Notes under the pieces: generated by a model | Told to the model about the DNA's origin: nothing | The model's database searches: none | What the model saw: only the letters and a program-made list of their open reading frames with translations | Made by a program: the position numbers and the translations under genes | Part shown: piece by piece, positions 18,107-26,339 of the stretch | Position numbering within the stretch: the first letter of the stretch is position 1 | Layout of the letters: each line of letters opens with the position of its first letter | Origin: a virus | Lineage: Duplodnaviria > Caudoviricetes | Direction: 5' to 3' (one strand) | Length of the DNA stretch: 64,000 nt | Virus record (IMG/VR): IMGVR_UViG_3300031861_000001 | Span: 1 to 64,000 of that record

Positions 18107-18346
18107 TTATGACACTTGTTCAGTATAACAATTAGGACACTTTGACATTGTTTTATTTTCAGTAGATCTGGGAGGTAAATACATAGTAAAAGGTAATCTA
18201 CATGTATTACATACGAAATGTCTTACTTCAGTATTCCCAACACTAAATTCGTGATCTTGTTTAACAACGGCAGGATTAGCAATATTGGCAGTTCGATAAA
18301 TTCCAATATCCTGTTGCCCATATCCTTTTTTTTCTGATCCTTTCAT
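18107..18346 (-). CDS. small zinc-ribbon protein
   Basis: CNTC...CPNC. Confidence 0.6.
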   Translation of the reverse strand: MKGSEKKGYGQQDIGIYRTANIANPAVVKQDHEFSVGNTEVRHFVCNTCRLPFTMYLPPRSTENKTMSKCPNCYTEQVS

Positions 18347-18709
18347 CTACGGCATCCATGATGGTTTGTTTTGAAAATTGTCCTGTTTAACATTAAAACT
18401 AGTAGAGCAGCCACAAGTTGATGTCGCTGTGGGATTTTCAAACCGTGGTCCCGGAGATGATAAATCTGTACTCCAATCTATGGTTAAACCATTAGTCAAT
18501 AAATGACTTTTTTTATCAACTAGAATATTTATACCAAGTGATTCAAATTCTAAATCAAATTTACTAGGTTGTGTATCAAAAGTAAGTTTATATTCATATC
18601 CAGCACATCCGCCGCCTGTAACTTGAACTCTTAGCATAGCGTCATCTGTACCTTCATCTTCTAATAATCGATGAAAATTTTTGCTAGCGCGCTCTGTAAG
18701 ATTAATCAT
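18347..18709 (-). CDS. iscA: A-type Fe-S carrier (IscA/ErpA/HesB family)
   Basis: LRVQVTGGGCAGYEY...FENPTATSTCGCSTSF. Confidence 0.92.
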   Translation of the reverse strand: MINLTERASKNFHRLLEDEGTDDAMLRVQVTGGGCAGYEYKLTFDTQPSKFDLEFESLGINILVDKKSHLLTNGLTIDWSTDLSSPGPRFENPTATSTCGCSTSFNVKQDNFQNKPSWMP

Positions 18710-19880
18710 GCGTTCATCTTAGCAGCAATTGCCATTTGTCGGCGTTTTTCTTTGGATTTACCTTTAAATTGAGGAGCATCTGAATCCTGAAAATCATCAA
18801 TATACTTACCCATAGAAGACTTTTTAGAAAGCTTTTCATCTACTTTTTTTTTTCGTCTTTTTTCTTGGATATAGATTGAGTATCTTTATATGCAGGTCTT
18901 ATGCCGGCTGCAAATGATGAAGATGAGAGCTTTTCATTCGTCTCGCCTTCTCCCTTTGCCATATTACGGTACATCTTTTTCATTATAGTAGGAGTAACCT
19001 TTTCAACTTCTAGTTCTTTCATACTATCTGGTCTCAGAATCTTTCTCAAATTCATTTTAACTTGTGATGCGCTTCCTGCTTCCACAAACGTAGGTGCAAT
19101 ATCTGGAATGCTAACTTTGAAAAACGCTTCTTTAAAAGCTGAAATGAGCTCAGTATCTTCAACATAACCAGAATACTTATCTTTCTTAGGATGTTGATTT
19201 GGATAGCCATGTTTCTTTATCATTTCCTTCTTCTTTTTTGTTCCGACATATCCCTCATCCTCAACTTCTTCTATATTAAGACTTGGCCATCCACCCTTTT
19301 TGAAAGATTTTTCCCACGCTAATTGAGCTTTCTTTTTATCTTTTCTCTTGACGGTTATTCTATTTCTCTTCATTGTCCATGGTATTCCTGCATCATCTAA
19401 TGCCATTTTTGCTTGTAGATCCTGGCTTTCCTCAAGTGGTTTTCCATCTTTGTAATGGGCGGCATGTTTATGATCACCTCCCCCTTTACGAATCTTATCT
19501 AATTTTTTATCATCCTGATATTTACTTACAGAATATCTTTGGCCAGTTTTTGTATTTTTAATACTATACAAACCTTCATCAACCTTTTTTTCTTTTTTCT
19601 TGTCTAAAGCTTTCTTGGTCGCAGCATTAGCAACTCCGGCGGCAACTCCACCGGCTACTGCAGGAGCAAGAGATCCGGCAGCTTTTCCTACTACTGCTTT
19701 TGCGGCTTTTCTTGCTATAAAACCAGCCGCGGCACCTGCAATTGCGGGAAGTATCTCAACTATAGGTGAATTGTCTTCTTTAAGACTGATATGATCATCT
19801 GTTTTGTTATGTGGATTTACATATCTTTCTATAATATTATGTCGGACTTGTTTTTCTATAGAATCTTTAAATTTTTTCAT
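18706..19880 (-). CDS. low-complexity putative internal head protein; frameshifted C-terminal extension 18706-18843
   Basis: The 346 aa ORF ends at A AAA AAG TAG. The -1 frame continues VDEKLSKKSSMGKYIDDFQDSDAPQFKGKSKEKRRQMAIAAKMNA and ends in an ATGA overlap with iscA. Confidence 0.65.
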
Positions 19881-20266
19881 GTCTCAATACCCTGTTTTTG
19901 TTTATAGTCCACAATTGCTGCTTTTATTGCGTCTTCTGCAAGTACAGAACAATGAATTTTTACGGGCGGAAGCGATAACTCTTCAACAATTTCTACATTA
20001 TTTAAAGTCGCAGCCTCTTCGATGGATCTATTTTTAACCCACTCTGTAGCCAATGATGATGCTGCAATAGCCGAACCACAACCAAACGTTTTGAATTTAG
20101 CATCCACAATTTTATCATTATCATCTACCTTAATTTGTAATTTCATTACATCGCCACATTCAGGTGCGCCCACAAGGCCAGTTCCTACATGAATATCATT
20201 TTTATCCATGCTGCCAATATTTCTAGGTTTTTCAAAATGATCTATTACCTTATCTGAATATGCCAT
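19877..20266 (-). CDS. iscU: Fe-S scaffold IscU
   Basis: MAYSDKVIDHF.KPRN, GAPECGDVM, FGCGSA and LPPVKIHC. Confidence 0.95.
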   Translation of the reverse strand: MAYSDKVIDHFEKPRNIGSMDKNDIHVGTGLVGAPECGDVMKLQIKVDDNDKIVDAKFKTFGCGSAIAASSLATEWVKNRSIEEAATLNNVEIVEELSLPPVKIHCSVLAEDAIKAAIVDYKQKQGIET

Positions 20267-20272
20267 AAACCT

Positions 20273-20659
20273 CTATTCACCTTCTCTGATTAACCATTTC
20301 TCTCGTCCATCAAGACTTGTATAGAATTTTTGTCCTTCAACATCTTCCCATTTCATTCTTGTTGTACTAATACCTTTGATCTGTTGTTCCCAACCTGCGT
20401 CGTCTAAATCATCATATTTTGGATCATCCCACATTTTAATAATTGCCATTTCTAAACTAGCTTTTCCTATTTCAGCACCTTGAACCCAATCTTTCCATTT
20501 CTGTTTAGTCATTCTAGGATTCATTCTGGCTAACTGTAGAATTGGAACCCAGTTAATTTTAGACCACATTTTAGGTAGAACTTCGTGGGATCCTGGCTGT
20601 TTAGGTCCGCCGACTTCTGTTAAATGAGCCGTACCTACACTTCTATATCTTAATGTCAT
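20273..20659 (-). CDS. hypothetical protein
   Basis: 128 aa Trp-rich ORF with RBS (AAGGA) and an upstream ATAAATA at 20685-20691. Confidence 0.6.
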   Translation of the reverse strand: MTLRYRSVGTAHLTEVGGPKQPGSHEVLPKMWSKINWVPILQLARMNPRMTKQKWKDWVQGAEIGKASLEMAIIKMWDDPKYDDLDDAGWEQQIKGISTTRMKWEDVEGQKFYTSLDGREKWLIREGE

Positions 20660-20690
20660 TGGAATCCTTTTTTAATATTTAAATTATTTA

Positions 20691-21023
20691 TCAAGAATTG
20701 GCCTTAGGTTGATTTGAATTATAATTTAAAACACTAGCCACGAATCCATGATATACAGAAAGAGCTTCCGGACGAGGAGGAGCTATCACCATTACATGTT
20801 CTTTATCAATTTCATATCGGCCCAAATGTGCATTAACTGGAAAAGCCCCTGGTTGTAATCTCTCAACATTGCGTGCTAATTCAGAATCGTATTCAATTCC
20901 CCATCGAAATGAAACTGGCTCTATCATTTCATATATATCATCTTGTTCGTTAACCTTAGCAATCACTTCTTCGCCGGTTATTAATTTTAAAACTTTAATT
21001 TCTTCATCCATTTTCATTTTCAT
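20691..21023 (-). CDS. T4-like phage protein, possible Sm-like fold
   Basis: N-terminus IKVLKLITGEEVIAKV, a pattern common in T4-like phage proteins. Confidence 0.55.
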   Translation of the reverse strand: MKMKMDEEIKVLKLITGEEVIAKVNEQDDIYEMIEPVSFRWGIEYDSELARNVERLQPGAFPVNAHLGRYEIDKEHVMVIAPPRPEALSVYHGFVASVLNYNSNQPKANS

Positions 21024-21053
21024 TTATTATAGAGTTCATTATCATTATATTAA

Positions 21054-21082
21054 ATTATAATATATTTTAAAATAAAAATCAA
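21054..21082 (-). promoter_or_regulatory. sigma70 promoter
   Basis: TTGATT-17 nt-TATAAT; shares AAAATATATTATAAT with the promoters at 3202 and 53721. Confidence 0.75.
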
Positions 21083-21357
21083 CGTCTTTTTTTAATTTTT
21101 CTGATTTCAGTTTGACCTGTTTGACGTTGAAAACCATTATGTTGATCATGCCTTTTCTTAATTTCAGATTCTCCAGTTGGTCCCTTAAAACCATCTTGTT
21201 TGCCATTTTGAAAAGCCTCAAGTAGTGCCCTCTCTGCGAATAAAGCAATAGTTTTTTCATGATCCATAGGGAGCATGGACATGATGTAATTCATAAGACT
21301 ATCTCTATATCTTCTTCTACATCTAGGATTTTGTTCTAATTTTTCTGTATAGTTCAA
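21079..21357 (-). CDS. hypothetical protein
   Basis: 92 aa ORF directly downstream of bS21. Confidence 0.5.
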   Translation of the reverse strand: MNYTEKLEQNPRCRRRYRDSLMNYIMSMLPMDHEKTIALFAERALLEAFQNGKQDGFKGPTGESEIKKRHDQHNGFQRQTGQTEIRKIKKRR

Positions 21358-21361
21358 ATGG

Positions 21362-21610
21362 TTATCCCCACATTTGTTGTTCTAAGCGTTCTATTTGTTT
21401 GAGATCCTTACGGACATCTTTTATTCGCTGCCTCTCAGCCTCTTCACGTTTTAACCTTTTTTGCATTGATGGTTTTACATAATATCTTCGTTTTTTTACC
21501 TCATTAAGAATACCCTCACGAGAAACAATTTGTTTTAACTTTTGTAAAGCTTTAATTACTTTCCCTTGATTATCACGATTATCCTTATGCGAAATCTTTA
21601 CTGTAATCAT
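21362..21610 (-). CDS. rpsU: ribosomal protein bS21
   Basis: V...KALQKLKQIVSREGILNEVKKRRYYVKPSMQKRLKREEA. Confidence 0.85.
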   Translation of the reverse strand: MITVKISHKDNRDNQGKVIKALQKLKQIVSREGILNEVKKRRYYVKPSMQKRLKREEAERQRIKDVRKDLKQIERLEQQMWG

Positions 21611-22253
21611 ATTCTTCCATTTCTAACCACGGTTTATCATAAACTGATTTTGGCCACTCCTTATACCAAGGACCTCCCAAGGTAAAATGAGCGGCATTAA
21701 TATCTTCACGATCAGGGCAATGTTCCTCCCCAACCAACCAATTCCATTCTAAAGGAATGGAGCCTATATTCTCCTCTGAGCCTGTCCATTCTAATTGATG
21801 TAAATAACTCATAGGAGAATGAAAAATCTCCTTAATAGTTAAAGGAAACTTTTCTTTATTAAATATCATTAAGCTGGACCAATTCTTTCTGGGATAATTG
21901 ACGTTTCGCCAACCTTTACGTTTTTCTTTCCCTGCCATTTTCACAGTAGTTACAGATACATATTCAGGTTGCTTACAACAATATAACATTTTACTATCAT
22001 CTAATGTTTTATATAAAGATAATGGATTTTTAAAAAATAAAAAATCATCATCTACAAAAGCAACCCACTTATGATCAGGTTTATAATCTATCAATGGAAC
22101 TAAATATCTGGTCCTCGCGAAAGGATTGTTCGTTTTGGGCACCCAATAATGAGGTACATCATGTGTGGCTACTCCAAACTGTTCTAAAGATTGTCTACAT
22201 TTTCTATTCGCAATCTCTCTTCCCGGTGTATAACCAACAAAAAAATCTATCAT
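21585..22253 (-). CDS. GT-A (GT8-like) glycosyltransferase
   Basis: FARTRYLVP, FVDDDFLF (DxD), YPRKNWSSLMIFN and HFTLGGPW; likely start MIDFFVG at 22253 (ATGA overlap). Confidence 0.75.
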   Translation of the reverse strand: MIDFFVGYTPGREIANRKCRQSLEQFGVATHDVPHYWVPKTNNPFARTRYLVPLIDYKPDHKWVAFVDDDFLFFKNPLSLYKTLDDSKMLYCCKQPEYVSVTTVKMAGKEKRKGWRNVNYPRKNWSSLMIFNKEKFPLTIKEIFHSPMSYLHQLEWTGSEENIGSIPLEWNWLVGEEHCPDREDINAAHFTLGGPWYKEWPKSVYDKPWLEMEEYDYSKDFA

Positions 22254-23698
22254 ATTGTTTTCATAATTTGATAACAAACATTTTTCCAAAGACTTATATC
22301 TTTAGGGTCATTTGCTATTTCAGTATTATTGACATAATTATACAATTCATTCATATACCCTGAAAAACCTTGTTTCTTTGGTGGGTCAAAATTGAAGACA
22401 TCTTTGAATATTTTTATTAATCGTTGTTTTCCTATATCTCGTACAAAAGCATCATTATAGAATATAGAATGATCTAAAAAGGGATTCCGTGACTCTATAC
22501 AACTCATTCCTAATGCTAAATTTGCGCCAATTGCTGCACAGGGGAGAAAGGATCTTTGATCCAAATACTTATTTGCTTGTGCTACATTATTAAATTTTGG
22601 GACATGTTTTGCTACTTGCTGTTTGTATTTATGATTTAAACTATCTCCATCTTTTCTCATTGAATACTTAGAAAGTTTATTAGTATTGTATACATCATAA
22701 CCTCCAAAGATTTCATCTGCTCCTTCTCCTGTTACCATAACTTTAACAGTCGGCGCCGCTTCTTTTCCCATTATATAATATCCTACGAAGCTCCATGTAT
22801 ATGGTACCATATAAGATTTATGCATATATTCGATTGCGGCTTCACACCATTCTTTTTCATTATTTCTAACTTCTATTAAACTTGTTGAAAATCCATAATT
22901 TCTAATTTCTTGTGAAGCCAAACACTTATCTTCATTAACTGTAGTAATATGACAATCCATGCTATCTCTATAAAGTGATGATATTATAGAACTATCAACG
23001 CCGCCAGACACAATACCACAATTTATCCTATGGCTCGAATACGCAGATTGCATATTCTTTAATAAATTGTATACATTGCCATTGTTTATTCTTTTAGGTC
23101 TAATAACGCGCGATTTAAGAGCTTTACCGCGCATGTTATAAGTTATTATCAAACCTTTAGGAAATAATTTAATTTTCTTATAATGTGTATTGTCTAATGT
23201 ATAATGTCTTAGCTGATGCCAATTTTTAAGAAAATTTTTATCTAATTTAGCGCCAACAGTAATTGCAATAGACCTTATAGTATTGCTATAGATAAGACAA
23301 TTATGATTATAATAAAATAAAGGAACTTGGCCGATTGGATCTCTAATTAATGTTATTGTTTGTTTTTTCTTATCATATACTGAAATTGCATATTGGCCGT
23401 TTACATTATCAAAATCATAATCTTCTCTAGCAATCTTTTCTGCTAACCATTCTGTATCATTTGCATAACCTTTAGTCGGGGCATTATAAATTTCTCCGGA
23501 AAAAGTAAATCGAAAGCGGTCCGCATCAAATACCTGAGGACCTGGAAATTTTCCTGTTACCGAAAGAACACTTTGATGTATAAAAACATCACTATCACTG
23601 AAAGGAAATTGATATTCACCTCTTTCATTTACATCTTCTAAATCAACTTTATTCCAATTGATTAAAGACTTATCGCTTACACCAAAAAATCCGCACAT
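22250..23698 (-). CDS. asparagine synthetase B-like glutamine amidotransferase
   Basis: N-terminal MCG (Cys nucleophile), NGQYA, RDPIG, SGGVDSS and TGEGADEIFGGY. Confidence 0.88.
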   Translation of the reverse strand: MCGFFGVSDKSLINWNKVDLEDVNERGEYQFPFSDSDVFIHQSVLSVTGKFPGPQVFDADRFRFTFSGEIYNAPTKGYANDTEWLAEKIAREDYDFDNVNGQYAISVYDKKKQTITLIRDPIGQVPLFYYNHNCLIYSNTIRSIAITVGAKLDKNFLKNWHQLRHYTLDNTHYKKIKLFPKGLIITYNMRGKALKSRVIRPKRINNGNVYNLLKNMQSAYSSHRINCGIVSGGVDSSIISSLYRDSMDCHITTVNEDKCLASQEIRNYGFSTSLIEVRNNEKEWCEAAIEYMHKSYMVPYTWSFVGYYIMGKEAAPTVKVMVTGEGADEIFGGYDVYNTNKLSKYSMRKDGDSLNHKYKQQVAKHVPKFNNVAQANKYLDQRSFLPCAAIGANLALGMSCIESRNPFLDHSIFYNDAFVRDIGKQRLIKIFKDVFNFDPPKKQGFSGYMNELYNYVNNTEIANDPKDISLWKNVCYQIMKTI

Positions 23699-24607
23699 TT
23701 AATATAAGAATGTTATTAATGACGATAATATTACAACAGTACACATAACAACAAGAGCTTTATAATACATTATAATAGGTGTTTTAAAATATCTCCATCC
23801 TATGAAGCAACATTTATGAACTGGGCTCAATATATAGCCAGCATAATCTAAAGCGAAAAACCAGGCTAGATACTGAACTCCAAAGATTGAAGTTGCTATA
23901 ACTGTAAGAGCTGAAAATCTACTACTACTCCCTAAAAAGAAACTCCCAATAAAACTGATAACTGACATTTGAACGAGTGATAAACCTGATTCTGCTGCGA
24001 ACTGTTGTATCTCGATTGTATATTCTTGAGCGAAATTCCCAAACACTATAATAACAGCTAACAAAATTATCAATTGCCAATCAACCAATTTTGTAGGATC
24101 AGGGATCCCATCTTGGCGATCTGGTTTTAACTCAGCCGGCTCAATATTAACATCTTCTTCTTTAAGAACACCGAATAAGTAAAATAAAACAACAGCTAAA
24201 CACCCTACTAATAAAGGCCACATATACGTCATCATTGCCCAATACGATAAACCAAACGCGGCCATTGGTAAAATAATAGTTTTTTCTATAGGGCTCCACA
24301 AATAATAATGATGGGTAGACAGATAATCTATCATACCTAATTTTTCTCTGCTCTTACCTTCAGAAGAAATTGTATCTAAAACGCCGGCAGAAACTGAGAC
24401 TCTACCCGGAATCGGTAACACTCCTGTTAATGCACTAACCAATGCAACAACTGCCCTTTTTGATTTAACCCTATTCACCACATATTGATAGATAGGAAAA
24501 AACCAATTATAATGTTTTGCATATCCAGCAATTACCATAATACCTGCTAGATAAAATAGATACCATTGATTCTTAATCAATAAACTTAACGCTTCATTCC
24601 ATTCCAT
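23699..24607 (-). CDS. polytopic membrane protein, ion-transporter-like
   Basis: About nine hydrophobic segments; SALTGVLPIPGRVSVSAG and HHYYLWSP motifs. Confidence 0.65.
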   Translation of the reverse strand: MEWNEALSLLIKNQWYLFYLAGIMVIAGYAKHYNWFFPIYQYVVNRVKSKRAVVALVSALTGVLPIPGRVSVSAGVLDTISSEGKSREKLGMIDYLSTHHYYLWSPIEKTIILPMAAFGLSYWAMMTYMWPLLVGCLAVVLFYLFGVLKEEDVNIEPAELKPDRQDGIPDPTKLVDWQLIILLAVIIVFGNFAQEYTIEIQQFAAESGLSLVQMSVISFIGSFFLGSSSRFSALTVIATSIFGVQYLAWFFALDYAGYILSPVHKCCFIGWRYFKTPIIMYYKALVVMCTVVILSSLITFLY

Positions 24608-24609
24608 AA

Positions 24610-25281
24610 TTATCTTATAGGTTTTAATTTAACTTCATCAAGTGAAGACAGGTTAAACCAACTAGTTATTGTATACTTATTTTGAGAGTAAGGTGGATTG
24701 CCTCTATGAGTATGTGTAAATGACGCGGGCCAAATTAAAGTCATTCCTTGCTTGGGAACAATTTTTATTCCTTGTTGTAAGAACTCTGTTTCTGCTTCCC
24801 CTTCAGGAAACGTATTTAAATATGTCATTGTAGCTAATGTTCGATAAGGAAATGATAATCCATGTTCACTGTGCCATATATGATATCCGCCGCCTGGTTT
24901 AACCTCTTGCACTTTCATTTCATGAATTTCTAATCTTTTTCCATCTAAAGCAGTACCATATTCTTCGTGATACAAATCTAAACATTCTAATGCTTTATCA
25001 AAATACTCTCTAGCGACTTTTTGTACACCTGGTTCATTTTCAAAAATTACATCACCATCAGAAAACCAAGTATGTTTGTTTTTATTTCTCCATAAAGGAA
25101 TAATGGTATTTTCCTCATCAAATCCTGATCTTTCAGATTTTCCAAGTTCTAAATGAAATTTTATTATTTGTTGACAATATTCTTCTGAGAATACATCTTC
25201 AAAAGCCATAATAAAAGATTCATTGTAAACACTCGCTTCAATTTTATAATGCTTCTCCGACAACTTGAACACCTTCTTCAT
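24610..25281 (-). CDS. 2OG-Fe(II) oxygenase
   Basis: GYHIWHSE...MTYLN...HTHRGNPP...KY. Confidence 0.88.
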   Translation of the reverse strand: MKKVFKLSEKHYKIEASVYNESFIMAFEDVFSEEYCQQIIKFHLELGKSERSGFDEENTIIPLWRNKNKHTWFSDGDVIFENEPGVQKVAREYFDKALECLDLYHEEYGTALDGKRLEIHEMKVQEVKPGGGYHIWHSEHGLSFPYRTLATMTYLNTFPEGEAETEFLQQGIKIVPKQGMTLIWPASFTHTHRGNPPYSQNKYTITSWFNLSSLDEVKLKPIR

Positions 25282-25990
25282 AACGCTTATTATATGATGC
25301 TATATGAGGTTGATCATATAACGTTTCAGTTGGTAATAGATGAGTCGCATTAAATGCTACAGATCTACGTTCACCCTCACCTACAAATGGATATACAGTG
25401 TGTAATAAAGTTGATGGCCAAATATAGTGATCTCCAGGTACAGGATGTACTCTAAATGTACCTGATTCTAATGTTAATGAATTAGCGCAATTATGAACCA
25501 TTTCTAACCTGCCATCAGTCACTCCTGTTCCAACCCTAGACTTCAGACCTGTAGATTTTCGCGTATCATATCCTGGAACTTTTAAAAATAGTGTTGATGA
25601 CACAGTACATCCAGGATGCATATGTAAAGGGTTATATTCACCTTCAAACATAGAATTAACCCAAAATGCACCCATGTGAATTTTTGTATCGGGAATCACT
25701 TTTGTGTCACCATATTGTGTTCTCTCTAAACAATAAACAACATAATCTCTAACTGTGTCTAAAGTATAATTCTGTAAGTTGTATTTTTCGAGTTGTTGAT
25801 GATTAATTTTAAATTCTTGTTCTATTTCACCAACTAATGTATCATTGGCAGGGGCTTTATTAAGGATCGCTTCATCAGTACATTTAATCCATCTATCTAA
25901 TAAATCCTCACTCATTCTAATTCGTTTAATGGTAGGACCAAACGGATTATCATACTCTTCCGCATATTCATTTTTTTTCAAAGATTTCAT
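25244..25990 (-). CDS. 2OG-Fe(II) oxygenase-like (TIGR02466-type)
   Basis: YNPLHMH...PSTLLHTVYPF...ERRSVAFN. Confidence 0.8.
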   Translation of the reverse strand: MKSLKKNEYAEEYDNPFGPTIKRIRMSEDLLDRWIKCTDEAILNKAPANDTLVGEIEQEFKINHQQLEKYNLQNYTLDTVRDYVVYCLERTQYGDTKVIPDTKIHMGAFWVNSMFEGEYNPLHMHPGCTVSSTLFLKVPGYDTRKSTGLKSRVGTGVTDGRLEMVHNCANSLTLESGTFRVHPVPGDHYIWPSTLLHTVYPFVGEGERRSVAFNATHLLPTETLYDQPHIASYNKRYEEGVQVVGEAL

Positions 25991-26322
25991 TTTTTAAAGG
26001 ATGCTAAAGTCGGTCTCTTATCTTCCATTGTTCCAGATACTAGGGCAGTATTGGAATCAGGTTTTTTAAATTTACTGGCATCCTGTGTTTCATTAGGCAA
26101 TGTGCCAGCATCGTGTTGAGGTTGTATTTGTTCTTCTATTTGAGCCTGTATTTCTGCTATGCCTTCATCAGTATCAGATTTATTATTATACCTAGAATTT
26201 CGTGTATGATTTATACCTTGTTCTACATCTACAAAAGTAATATTACAGACATAATCATTCGATGTCTCGGGATCAGCACTTGCTAAATCCATTTCATTAT
26301 TAATTGTCCATGTAATTGCCAT
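25987..26322 (-). CDS. hypothetical protein
   Basis: 111 aa with AGGAG RBS and ATAAATA at 26337-26343. Confidence 0.65.
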   Translation of the reverse strand: MAITWTINNEMDLASADPETSNDYVCNITFVDVEQGINHTRNSRYNNKSDTDEGIAEIQAQIEEQIQPQHDAGTLPNETQDASKFKKPDSNTALVSGTMEDKRPTLASFKK

Positions 26323-26339
26323 ATCTTCTCCTATTATAT

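Noticed and set aside
18714-18839. 0-frame ORF MKSFLKSLLWVSILM... right after the TAG
   Set aside because: The -1 frame better continues the upstream protein style and is coupled to iscA by ATGA. This ORF is not fully excluded.
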